In this document: positions 44,759 through 53,797 of the stretch, piece by piece | How positions within the stretch are numbered: position 1 is the stretch's first letter | Layout: each line of letters starts with the position of its first letter | Assembly (NCBI GenBank): GCA_002686955.1 | Contig: NYZA01000108.1 | Coordinates: 1,312 to 65,311, forward strand | Source: Gemmatimonadota bacterium | Lineage (GTDB): Bacteria; GCA-2686955 | Length of the DNA stretch: 64,000 nucleotides | Direction of reading: 5' to 3' | Made by a program: the position numbers and the translations under genes | Notes under the pieces: model-generated | What the model saw: the letters and a program-made list of their open reading frames with translations, nothing else | Told to the model about the DNA's origin: nothing | Database searches by the model: none

Positions 44759-44913
44759 CGAGACCGTGCAGGTTCTGGTCCTGCCGGTGCTTCGTGCCGG
44801 TTCGACGCGGAGGTGTAGTGGTGCTACGTCGCACAAGGCGAAACGGTGGGAAGTGCCGGCAGGGCAGGGAGATGTGCGGTCGCAGTAGGAATCTCGTGAG
44901 ATATCCGGGTTAG
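44729..44913. mobile_element. ~185-bp MITE (second family) between convergent genes
   Basis: Terminal inverted repeats are TTAGCCCGGATATCTCACGAGATTCC (44729-44754) and GGAATCTCGTGAGATATCCGGGTTAG (44888-44913), with 25 of 26 positions complementary. Confidence 0.8.
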
Positions 44914-45737
44914 TCGGTGGAACGAGACCCTTTCGCGCGATCGGCCAGGGATCGCACGCCATCGGCGAGCTCTCCGCGGCGGCGGATCGCTACCATTTCG
45001 GCCACGACGGCCAGCGCGATCTCTTCCGGCGTCTCGGCGCCGATGTCGAGGCCCATCGGGGCGTGAATGAGTGAGAAGCGCTCGGGCGCGACGCCCGCGC
45101 TGGCGAGGCGCATCTTGAACCGTTGCACCTTGTTGCCGCTCCCGATGAGTCCGAGATATCGGAATGCGCCCGGGAGCAGCTCGGTGAGCAGCTCTTCGTC
45201 GCCGCGGTGGGTGTGGGTGACGATCACGAGGTAGTCGTCGGAGCGGCGAGGGATCGAGAGGGCGGCGTCGACGAACTCCTCGACGCGAACCTCCATCGCG
45301 GCGGGGAAGCGCTCTTCGGTGGCGTAGTCGGGGCGGTCGTCGATGACCGTGACGCTGAAACCGGCGTCGGCGGCGTAGCGGGCGAGCGGCTGGGCGACGT
45401 GGCCCGCGCCGAAGAGGTAGAGACGGGGCGGACCGCCCATCGCTTCGATCATGACTTCCACACTGCCTCCACAACACATCGCCAAATCGGCGCCGAGAGA
45501 AAAGGTGCGGCGCAGAATCGCGCCCCTTTCCAGGAGCCGAGCGGCCTCGGCCCTCACCTCTTCTTCGAGACGTCCCCCGCCGATCGTGCCCTCGAGGGTG
45601 CCGTCGTCGAGAACGATCATTCTCGTGCCCGCGTGGCGGGGAGAGGAGCCCTTGGTCTCGACGATGGTCACGAGGGCGAAAGGTTCGCCGCGGTCGAGAA
45701 GCTCGGTGGCGCGGCGGAAGAGGTCGGCGGGGGTCAT
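44910..45737 (-). CDS. XdhC/CoxI-family molybdoenzyme maturation accessory protein
   Basis: N-terminal FALVTIVETKGSSPRHAGTRMIV...GTIGGG. Rossmann-like LYLFGAGHVAQPLA. The stop codon TAA (44910-44912) lies in the MITE terminal repeat. Confidence 0.8.
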   Translation of the reverse strand: MTPADLFRRATELLDRGEPFALVTIVETKGSSPRHAGTRMIVLDDGTLEGTIGGGRLEEEVRAEAARLLERGAILRRTFSLGADLAMCCGGSVEVMIEAMGGPPRLYLFGAGHVAQPLARYAADAGFSVTVIDDRPDYATEERFPAAMEVRVEEFVDAALSIPRRSDDYLVIVTHTHRGDEELLTELLPGAFRYLGLIGSGNKVQRFKMRLASAGVAPERFSLIHAPMGLDIGAETPEEIALAVVAEMVAIRRRGELADGVRSLADRAKGSRSTD

Positions 45738-46020
45738 TTGGGGAGACTAGCAAAGGGAGGCATGGAGTCCGCGCCGTGGCTGCCGCGCGCGAAACGAGCG
45801 GAAGCACCGCCGGATCGTGAGACCCCGATCTCGACTCGCAACTCCTCAGCGCGGACCGAAAGGGGCGGATCGGTGGAGATCGCGACTCCTCCACGACCGT
45901 GATCGGATCGGAGCGCAGCCTGCCCGTAGCAACGTAAACGATCAGATTCGGCACGATCGAAGGGCTGAAGCCGCGATCCTAGGATCCGCTCCCCTCGCCA
46001 CGAAAGTTGGTGAGAAATGC

Positions 46021-46319
46021 GGGCTAGTCCCGGGCAAAGAAGGCCGCGGCTCTTCTTGGGAAATCACGCTCCATCGCGAGCGTGCGGTTCTCACGGCGGA
46101 GTCGACGCAGCTCTTCGCGCTCCGCCGTCGTCAACGCGCCCTCGGGTCCGTGCCATCGTCGATCCCGTCCTGTTTCACCCAGTTCCGAAGCGAACTCTCG
46201 GTCAAGTCCAGGTCCCGGGCCACCTTGGCCAGGTTGCCAACCTCGCGGACCATGCGAACCGCGTCGGACTTCTGCTCACGTGTGTAGTTCCGTCGGTTTC
46301 TCTTTGACATGTCGAACAT
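46021..46319 (-). mobile_element. IS3-family orfA remnant (frameshifted, no orfB)
   Basis: MSKRNRRNYTREQKSDAVRMVREVGNLAKVARDLDLTESSLRNWVKQ (HTH). The leucine-zipper part ALTTAEREELRRLRRENRTLAMERDF...AAAFFARD continues in another frame. No DDE orfB follows. Confidence 0.7.
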
Positions 46320-46370
46320 CCTCGCGCATCCGCGCTATCTTGGGTGTCCGAAATATCCAGGGAAGGTCGT

Positions 46371-48500
46371 TTAACGTGTTGCGGGCCAACGCGACCATCG
46401 ATCCAGTCCGGGATCTGCGCGTGGAGCTCTCGGTTTTCGATTCACCGCACCCTCTCCTAGAGGTTGCGGCGCTTCGAAATGGCCGTCGACGTAGTGAACC
46501 CTAGGCAAGTGCATTTCGTCGGTGACCGACTGTGAACCGTTCATGACCCACGCGTCGGGATCGGGATTCGCCAGATTGTACTCCGAGTTGTCGTAGATCA
46601 TCTCGGTGACGAGTGTTGTGCCGGCCGGCAAAAAGGTGGGCGGGTGCATTTGCCACTTCCGCTGGAACTTGAACTGAAAGAAGGGGATCGAGAGCAAGAT
46701 TTTCCTATTGCCGTCAGGATACTCCGCTATGTACCGCGCACTTGCGCCACGGTAGTGCATGTGGGGTCCGAGAGCCAGAACAGTAATGTCGTCGCTAATC
46801 CGAGCTCGCGACTCGACAACGAAGTTGCGCGCGTGGGGCGGGATCCGGAATCCACCCTGATATATCCCCAAGCGCTTCAGCCTTCTTGGAAGTGTAGCTT
46901 GCTGGTAACGATACAGTTCCAGACGGGCTCGGTTCTCTTCGACGCGGCCGGAAGCGTTGTAATGGAATTCCAAAACGATGTAGTGCCCTTTGGGTATGAA
47001 ATACGCCAGGCCCGGTGGAGCCCAGAACAGCCCTCTGGCGCGGCTCGCCGTGAGGAGGATCCGCTCGTACAAGAGCCGACTCGCCCGCTCTTTGCTCGCG
47101 AGGATCGCCGGGATTTCCGGGTCGCCCTTGACCCAGCCATCGCCGATGCCGCTCATGCCCGCTCCTGCCTGGACCGTCTTGTTCCAAGTGCCGGGTTGAC
47201 TTTTGCTGACCTTCAGCATTCCATCGGGCTGAGGCACCATTTCTTCCTGGTCCAAGGGTCGGTCCAAGAGCAAGATGTTGCAGTGATGGACGACACTGAG
47301 ATTGATGTCGAGGCGGAGCGCCTCGAGGTAGAGGTCTTCTTGCGTCTGTTCACCCAGCTGCGCGTATCTGTACTCAATGAGGCCGATCGCCGGCAACACA
47401 TGAGGTTCCTCCATCTCGTACACCAAATCCGGGACCTCGTACTGGGCACTCCTTCTCTCAGCGCCCATGACCGCCCGACTCTTGGTGTTTGCGATCGGGT
47501 CGGGGCCGGGACCTCGGGGCATGCCTTGAGCGATCCAATGTAGGATCGTGCGCATCTCCTCTTGGCTATGTGCGTGCCGAATGTTGCCATAGTAGGGGTC
47601 GAGTCCCCCCGGGGGCATCCGCTGCAGACGGATCGACTGGCGGATCATCTGGGACCAGCCTTTGACCTGTTCGTAGGAATTGAAGAGGTCGAAGACGGCG
47701 GACTTCCGGTGGCAAGTGACGCATCGATCGAGCAGAATCGATGCGACATCCTCGGTGTAGGTGAGCGGGCCGGGATCGTGGAATACGAAATCGCACGACG
47801 CGGTCCCCTTACCGCTCGGCAACCACCGGCTTATTCGGTCCCGGGTACGATCCCAGGCGTCGCCCAGACGCGAGGACCACTCCCCTTCGGGTCGGCCCCG
47901 CCCCTCGGCATCATCAAGGGCATGCTCGAGGGCCGTAGACGTCCCCTCAAGCCATCCTTCGTCGTGCCCGGCCGGTCTGCGGAGCACCTCTTTCCAGTTC
48001 TCCGTCTCAAACGCAAGCACGGCTCCCCCGCCACCGATCCCCAACGATGCCGCAACCATCTGTGTTTCGTCCATCAACACCGGAACGTCGAGATCGAGCC
48101 TTCGGAGCGCTTCGTCGATCGGTTCCCTGCGACCGCCCAGCGAGGGATTCAGGAGCAAGAATTGAATCCCACGCGGGTCGAAGCGTCGCTGTAATTCTCG
48201 AATCGACTCGAGCAGAGTCGAGTTGTGGGCGCAGTCAGGCCTGTAACCGATGAGGACGACGAGTTCGTGGTCCGCGTACTGGATCATCGTGTGGGCATGG
48301 CCCCGCTGATCGAGAAGGCGGAAATTGTCCATGTACGCATCTAGCTCTTCCGATATCGGATTGAAATAGATGCCTGTTGTCTGGCGCCAGCCGCCGCCGA
48401 CCGGATTCGACACATCATCGGCGGTGGCAATGCCTGAGAGCAGAAGCAACAGTCCAGGGACCGCGAGTATCCGACACGTGTCGATGAACAAATCTCTCAT
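46371..48500 (-). CDS. secreted multidomain redox protein: redoxin-like N-domain + CxxCH cytochrome c-like module + copper type II ascorbate-dependent monooxygenase (PHM/DBH)-like C-domain
   Basis: Signal peptide. Thioredoxin-fold-like N-domain (VVLIGYRPDCAHNS). Heme motif LDRCVTCHRKS. C-terminal His clusters VVHHCNILL, LEFHYN and LGPHMHYRG. Confidence 0.7.
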   Translation of the reverse strand: MRDLFIDTCRILAVPGLLLLLSGIATADDVSNPVGGGWRQTTGIYFNPISEELDAYMDNFRLLDQRGHAHTMIQYADHELVVLIGYRPDCAHNSTLLESIRELQRRFDPRGIQFLLLNPSLGGRREPIDEALRRLDLDVPVLMDETQMVAASLGIGGGGAVLAFETENWKEVLRRPAGHDEGWLEGTSTALEHALDDAEGRGRPEGEWSSRLGDAWDRTRDRISRWLPSGKGTASCDFVFHDPGPLTYTEDVASILLDRCVTCHRKSAVFDLFNSYEQVKGWSQMIRQSIRLQRMPPGGLDPYYGNIRHAHSQEEMRTILHWIAQGMPRGPGPDPIANTKSRAVMGAERRSAQYEVPDLVYEMEEPHVLPAIGLIEYRYAQLGEQTQEDLYLEALRLDINLSVVHHCNILLLDRPLDQEEMVPQPDGMLKVSKSQPGTWNKTVQAGAGMSGIGDGWVKGDPEIPAILASKERASRLLYERILLTASRARGLFWAPPGLAYFIPKGHYIVLEFHYNASGRVEENRARLELYRYQQATLPRRLKRLGIYQGGFRIPPHARNFVVESRARISDDITVLALGPHMHYRGASARYIAEYPDGNRKILLSIPFFQFKFQRKWQMHPPTFLPAGTTLVTEMIYDNSEYNLANPDPDAWVMNGSQSVTDEMHLPRVHYVDGHFEAPQPLGEGAVNRKPRAPRADPGLDRWSRWPATR

Positions 48501-48518
48501 GATCTCTCCGACCGACCC

Positions 48519-49106
48519 TCAACTCTTGATGGTAATGAAGCACCCCATGGCTCGCGAGCGCGGCCGGGCAATCGGTTTTCCCTTCAAGTGGGCCTCGAGC
48601 GCGTCGACGAGATAGCTTTTGCGAGCGTGGGTCTTCTGCACATCGTAAGTGATGAGATCATCGATCGCGCCGCGGTAGACGATCTTCCACGTCCGGGGAT
48701 CGACGATCGCGGCTTCAGAAGTGATCCGCAGGCCAAGCCGTTTCACGATCTCTTGGCTCTCGTCCACGAGCACCGTAAAAGACTCGGCTTTGTACCCCGC
48801 CAGCTCCTTGGTGATCGATTCCGGCGAATCTTGTGGGCTCGCATCTACCAAGAAAAAGGGAATCCCCCGTTCCGAGTAACGCTTTTCAAGCTTCGCGATC
48901 ACAGGGTAGTACTGGCGCATGATGGGGCACTGATTGCCATGCGCGATGAAGACCAACGCCCCGGCCGCGGAGTGGTCGCGCGCCGCGAATCTGTCGCCCT
49001 TGTGCGTTGTCCCCACCAGCTCTCCCAGGCGCTTGCCTTCCACTCCGGTCCCGGGCGAGCCCTGGCAAGATGCCAAGAGCACACATAGTAAGAATAGTCG
49101 AACCAT
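48519..49106 (-). CDS. redoxin (AhpC/TSA-thioredoxin fold) lipoprotein
   Basis: Lipobox LLASCQG. LVFIAHGNQCPIMRQY single-Cys redoxin-like motif. Immediately upstream of 46371-48500 on the same strand. Confidence 0.65.
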   Translation of the reverse strand: MVRLFLLCVLLASCQGSPGTGVEGKRLGELVGTTHKGDRFAARDHSAAGALVFIAHGNQCPIMRQYYPVIAKLEKRYSERGIPFFLVDASPQDSPESITKELAGYKAESFTVLVDESQEIVKRLGLRITSEAAIVDPRTWKIVYRGAIDDLITYDVQKTHARKSYLVDALEAHLKGKPIARPRSRAMGCFITIKS

Positions 49107-49515
49107 GGGTTCCTTCCACAACTCGGGCAGATGCCAGCATAGCGAGTTATTCCTGCGCGGCAGCTTGGATGATAAGGTACTCGGCACGAGTTGGCTAGGG
49201 AGGGTCTCGGCTCGCCGCCGCGGGGATGGAGCATCGAGAGAACCGATCTCGAGGAACGATCGCCGCGCGTAAGAAGTCCTTGAAAAGACTGCCCTCCGAT
49301 TGGGCCGCCGGGACCCAATCCCCGGAAAAGGGACCGTGGGCCGGAAGTACCGGCTGCACAAGCGACACTGTTTCGGTGGCGTCGCGTGCGATCACGAGCG
49401 AATGAGGGCCGAGCGCGGGATCTCGCAACACCTCGCCACGCTCGCGAACCGATGTGCGCGGCTCTACAGAACGATTACCGGCACCGTTGCTCGTTGCGTG
49501 AACGTGGAGAACCGG

Positions 49516-49797
49516 CTATCCGCCCAGCGGAGCTTCGATGCTTGCCGGGTTCGCCAGAAAGAGGGTGGGCAGGCGGTGTTGCTCCGCCTCGCCGATGACC
49601 GGGTTGCCATCGAAGATGTCCTCCAGGATGTAGGAAACATCCATGAACGGGTCGTGCGTGCCTCCGATCAAGGCGTGAGCCAAGGCCCAGATTCCGGATT
49701 TGTCCATCAGAAAGGCGATGTTCTTGACGTGGTCGCCCTGGTTGCGGGTGAAGACGTTGAAGAGCGTGCGGCGAAAGAGCTCCTCGCGATCGGCCAT
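49516..49797 (-). CDS. hypothetical protein (93 aa)
   Basis: Strong GC3 codon bias across the ORF that collapses right after the TAG stop. No domain recognised. Confidence 0.5.
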   Translation of the reverse strand: MADREELFRRTLFNVFTRNQGDHVKNIAFLMDKSGIWALAHALIGGTHDPFMDVSYILEDIFDGNPVIGEAEQHRLPTLFLANPASIEAPLGG

Positions 49798-49902
49798 GGG
49801 GAGCGCGAATGCACGGCAGACGTGGATTCCACCGCCGTCCCACTTCTCAAGGCAGCCCGATCCGGTCTAGGCTGCCCGCATGACACTCCCGAAGAGGCGC
49901 CG

Positions 49903-50664
49903 ATGAGAAAACCGCTGCTCGATCTGCTCGCCTGCCCCTCCTGCAAAACCGCCCTCGCCCCGAACGCCCCAACCCTGGCGCCCGGCGAAGACCTGCGCGA
50001 GGGGGAGCTCCCCTGCCCTTGCGGTAAGGTCTATCCGATCCTCGACGGCGTTCCGAGCATGATCCCGAGCCGGGAGCAACAAAAGGGGACGGAGGGGATA
50101 GGGGAAGGACGTTCCGGAATCGACCCCCGCACACCCGAGTCGTTCGGACTTCAATGGCGCACCTACGACTACGGTGACGCCACCTGGTTCAAGGACCTCG
50201 ATCTACGCGTCCGCGAAATCCCCGCCATCCTCGATATCGATCCCGCCGAGATCGAGGGCAAGCTCCTGCTCGACGCCGGTTGCGGCCATGGCGCACTGAC
50301 CGCCGCCGCCACGCGCCTGGGATGCGAGACGATCGGCCTCGACATGAGCTCCGCGATCTTCGGCGCCGAGAAACGCCGCACCGAGCTCCCCGAACGCGAG
50401 GCGTCTCGCGTGCACTACGTCCACGGCAACATCCTGAAGCCGCCCTTCGCACCCGCCTCCTTCCCCCTAATCATGTCGATCGGCGTCTTGCACCACACGC
50501 CCGCCCCGGAGCTCGGCCTCAGGGAGCTCGTCCGCCGACTCGATCCGGGCGGCAAGATCTACGTGCAACTCTACCGAACCCGGGAGCCGTGGATCGGCAT
50601 TCCGAACGCGACGATCCAGTTCACCGCCGCCACCCCGCCCGCTACCAACATCGGAACGTGGTAG
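49903..50664 (+). CDS. Trm112-like zinc-ribbon + class I SAM-dependent methyltransferase
   Basis: LLDLLACPSCK...LPCPCGKVYPILDGVPSM (Trm112-like). SAM motif I LLLDAGCGHGALT. The C-terminal ~30 codons are antisense to the MFS gene. Confidence 0.75.
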   Translation: MRKPLLDLLACPSCKTALAPNAPTLAPGEDLREGELPCPCGKVYPILDGVPSMIPSREQQKGTEGIGEGRSGIDPRTPESFGLQWRTYDYGDATWFKDLDLRVREIPAILDIDPAEIEGKLLLDAGCGHGALTAAATRLGCETIGLDMSSAIFGAEKRRTELPEREASRVHYVHGNILKPPFAPASFPLIMSIGVLHHTPAPELGLRELVRRLDPGGKIYVQLYRTREPWIGIPNATIQFTAATPPATNIGTW

Positions 50665-51146
50665 CCGTAAGGAGCCAGCAACCCGCCGATGGCGGGGCCG
50701 AACAGGAACCCCACCCCGAATGAAGCGCCGATCATTCCCATCCAGCGCGTTCGTTCTTCCGTGGCCGTGACGTCGGTTACATACGCGCTAGCGACGCTAA
50801 TATTTGCGCCGAACGCTCCCGCTAGAATTCTAGCGGCGAAGATCCAGGACAAAGAGCTCGCCGATCCGAGGGTGAAGAGCGCCAAACTCGTGCCCGCAAT
50901 CGTCGTCAATACAACGGCTCGTCGCCCGAATCGATCGGAAAGCCTGCCCCATATCGGCGCGAAGACCGCCTGCATCGCGGCATAACTCGCCATCAAGAGG
51001 CCCAGCTCCGTCGCGCTCGCGCCGTACATACGAGCGTAGAAAGGCAAGATGGGCACCACGATCCCAAAGCCGATCAAATCGACGACGACAACACTGAAGA
51101 GGACGACCAAAGCGGCCCTGGGAGCTTGTTGAGCCTGGTCGGTCAC
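50571..51146 (-). CDS. MFS transporter, N-terminal six-helix half only (probably truncated)
   Basis: MFS motif [11 protein letters not shown]. Six TM segments, then a stop. GTG start overlaps the tdk stop (GTGA). Confidence 0.6.
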   Translation of the reverse strand: MTDQAQQAPRAALVVLFSVVVVDLIGFGIVVPILPFYARMYGASATELGLLMASYAAMQAVFAPIWGRLSDRFGRRAVVLTTIAGTSLALFTLGSASSLSWIFAARILAGAFGANISVASAYVTDVTATEERTRWMGMIGASFGVGFLFGPAIGGLLAPYGYHVPMLVAGGVAAVNWIVAFGMPIHGSRVR

Positions 51147-51763
51147 TCGCCCGCTGTCTCCTTCGGAATCGTGTAACCGATGGGCGAGGCGAGATCGAGG
51201 CGAAATGCCTGCCTCGACATGGCTACGTAGTGGTGTCCAATATCGACCTGCGCTCCTTCGAAAACGCGGTTTCCATCTGCATCCAAGCGGGCATTCATCG
51301 TTGCTTTCTTGCCCGAGGAGCAGACCGTCTTGATTTCTATCAGCTCTTCCGCCCATGCCAGCAAGTAGCGGCTCCCTTCAAAGGGCTCTCCCAAGAAATC
51401 CGTGCGCAATCCGTAAGTCAGCACCGGGATGCCAAGGCAGTCGCAGACGAGCGTGAGTTGAAGCACCTGGGCTTTTGTCAAAAACTGTGCTTCATCCACG
51501 AGTACACAATGAATTCGCTCCAGACGTTGCTCGTTCCTGACCGCGACGAAGAGGTCGTCGTCCGCATCGAAAACGACCGCGTCGGCCTGCAAGCCGATGC
51601 GTGAGGTGATCTTCCCTTCGCCGTAGCGTTGATCGAGACGTGGAGCGAAGAGCAGGGTTCGCATGCCGCGCTCACGATAGTTGTGGGCGGATTGGAGCAG
51701 TGTCGTGCTCTTGCCGGCATTCATCGCGGAGTAGTAGAAGTAGAGCTTCGCCATTGTGTTCAA
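51143..51763 (-). CDS. tdk: thymidine kinase
   Basis: P-loop [22 protein letters not shown]-terminal zinc-ribbon-like region typical of type II TK. Confidence 0.9.
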   Translation of the reverse strand: MNTMAKLYFYYSAMNAGKSTTLLQSAHNYRERGMRTLLFAPRLDQRYGEGKITSRIGLQADAVVFDADDDLFVAVRNEQRLERIHCVLVDEAQFLTKAQVLQLTLVCDCLGIPVLTYGLRTDFLGEPFEGSRYLLAWAEELIEIKTVCSSGKKATMNARLDADGNRVFEGAQVDIGHHYVAMSRQAFRLDLASPIGYTIPKETAGE

Positions 51764-51794
51764 TCCAGTGCCGGGGCCACGAACAGCGTTCGGT

Positions 51795-53594
51795 TCAGCC
51801 TTTTCCGTTGGCCCTTTGCTGCGTCTTCAACATTTCGATGACGTCGGCGAACTGCTCGCGATTCCGCTCGTCGAGCGACGCGAGCACCTCGTGGGCCTGT
51901 AGAATTCGCTTTCGCGTCCGGCCGCGGTCTTCGGCCGTTTCGCTGAGCGGAGCCAGCTTCGAAGGCATGGGCAAAACATCGGGACCGATGTGCGCCTTCA
52001 CTCGCCACATGCTCAGCTCATCGAAAAGACCGACGACCTTCGGCTGCACTCCCTGCATGTGAAGGGGCACCCCGCGTTCGTCGGCCAGAGTGACGAGCTC
52101 GTGGATGGTGCCGAGGTAAGTGCTGTCGAGATAGTTGCACTCCGCGAAGTCGATCACCAGATCCCGGCCGGCGTCCAGCGTCGCCAGCGCAACCTCATGT
52201 AGCGGCTCACATTGAGTCCACGTTCCTCGCCCCCGAATGCTGAGGCAGAGGGCATCGCCCACGGTGCCGACAAGCACATCTCCGGATCGTTCGGGCGCAC
52301 GGCCGTGAGTGGTTCTCCGCTGGCCGTTGTCGATTGTCGAATTGCCGGGGGTGGCTTCGAGCAGCAGCACGCTGATGTCGTCTTCGTTGGCCTCATGGCC
52401 GCGGGCCTGGGCCACGGCGCGCAGCAGGCCCCCGAGGGCGCCTTTCGCATCGGCCCCACCCCGCTCGATCTCACCGGCGATTCGACCGACATCGAGCGGG
52501 TCTTGCGCCGGCCCCACGTCGCAGAGGCCGTCAGTGTACATTAGCACCCGGTCACCAACCTCGAGGCGAACGCAACATTCCTTGAAGCGCGCTTCCTCTT
52601 CGATGCCGAGCGCCGGGCCGGTGTGCGGCAGCAGCGTACAGTCACCCTTCGAGCGGTGCACGACCACCGGCGGGTGGCCCGCCGAGGCCAAACGCAGCTC
52701 TCCGGAGTCGGTATCTAGAAGACCGTAAACCGCTGTTACGAAAAGACCTTGTGAGGCGCATTCATCGAGCAGCGCACGGTTCACCTGGCGGAGCACTCGC
52801 GCCGGCGACGCCGGCTCGCCCGATGCTTCGTCCACCGGTCTGATCCGTTGATTGAAAAGCACCGAGAGCAGCGCCGCACTCAGGCCGTGACCGGCCGCAT
52901 CCGCCACGTAGAGTGCCACCCGCCGCGGCGCGACCGGGATCAGATCGTAGTGATCGCCGCCCACGAGCTGGCTCGGCTGATAGACCGCATGCACCTGGAA
53001 CCCCTCCATCGGCGGGGCTCGGCGGGGCAGAAGCGCGCGTTGAATCCCCTCGGCGCGAAGCAGATCGGTCTGAATGGTCTCGGCTTGACGATAGAGCATG
53101 CCGCAGAGACGCTCGAGCTGCTCGACCTTCTGGCGGAGTTGGGCGTTGCTGACCTCGAGCTCGCCGTTGAGCCGCTCCCGCTCAATCACCAAGCGCCGCA
53201 GATCAACGGCGTTGCGAATCGTGACCCGAAGTGCTTCCGCCGAAAGCGGTTTGGTCAGGAACTGAAAGGCGCCGAGCTCGACGGCATCGACGGCCACATC
53301 GAAATGCTCCAGCGCGGAGAGGATGACCCAAACCGGATCGGGGCATTCCTTGCGTGCCCAGCGCATCAGCTCCAGACCGCCCATGCGCGGCATGCGCAGA
53401 TCGGTGAGGACGACATCCACCGCCTGCTCTCCGAGAACGGCTTGTGCGGCGATCCCGTCTTCCGCCTCCAGCACGTGATAGCCGGCCATGCTCAGAGCCC
53501 GTTTGGCGAAGAGTCGAATGATCTCTTCGTCATCGACCACAAGCACTGCGGCCTTGTCGTGGCTTTCGTCGCTCATGTGCCCTCGCAGGCTCAC
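51795..53594 (-). CDS. response-regulator receiver + PP2C/SpoIIE phosphatase + STAS domain fusion protein
   Basis: REC domain: [11 protein letters not shown]...[14 protein letters not shown]. SpoIIE domain: GGDHYDLI...[15 protein letters not shown]...MYTDGL. C-terminal STAS-like region: [19 protein letters not shown]. Confidence 0.8.
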   Translation of the reverse strand: MSLRGHMSDESHDKAAVLVVDDEEIIRLFAKRALSMAGYHVLEAEDGIAAQAVLGEQAVDVVLTDLRMPRMGGLELMRWARKECPDPVWVILSALEHFDVAVDAVELGAFQFLTKPLSAEALRVTIRNAVDLRRLVIERERLNGELEVSNAQLRQKVEQLERLCGMLYRQAETIQTDLLRAEGIQRALLPRRAPPMEGFQVHAVYQPSQLVGGDHYDLIPVAPRRVALYVADAAGHGLSAALLSVLFNQRIRPVDEASGEPASPARVLRQVNRALLDECASQGLFVTAVYGLLDTDSGELRLASAGHPPVVVHRSKGDCTLLPHTGPALGIEEEARFKECCVRLEVGDRVLMYTDGLCDVGPAQDPLDVGRIAGEIERGGADAKGALGGLLRAVAQARGHEANEDDISVLLLEATPGNSTIDNGQRRTTHGRAPERSGDVLVGTVGDALCLSIRGRGTWTQCEPLHEVALATLDAGRDLVIDFAECNYLDSTYLGTIHELVTLADERGVPLHMQGVQPKVVGLFDELSMWRVKAHIGPDVLPMPSKLAPLSETAEDRGRTRKRILQAHEVLASLDERNREQFADVIEMLKTQQRANGKG

Positions 53595-53797
53595 TTCACG
53601 GGTCGCCCCCCCCGGCGATCAGGCTTCGCGACCCCCATCGATCATGATAGGATCTATGGGGGCACTATAAGCTCGCTTCCCCCACCGCGGCCAATGCCCA
53701 TTATCGAAGAGTCGACTGATGGACCGAGGAGAATAGGGTGGATAATCGAGGAGCTCCAGCCGATATGCCGGATTCGAATGCCAAGCTGACTTCGGAA

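Noticed and set aside
43754-45954. ORFs 43754-44596 (-) and 44824-45954 (-), 280 and 376 aa
   Set aside because: Extremely Arg/Pro/His-rich translations. They overlap the membrane-protein ORF and the xdhC-like gene, which have credible composition and motifs.
49195-49859. Possible read-through of the in-frame TAG at 49516-49518 (nonsense-mutated gene or pyrrolysine), joining ORFs 49516-49797 and 49195-49431, which share a frame
   Set aside because: Third-position GC bias is strong up to the TAG and collapses immediately after it, with many codons ending in T or A. The downstream translation is low-complexity. So TAG is most likely the genuine stop of a 93-aa protein.
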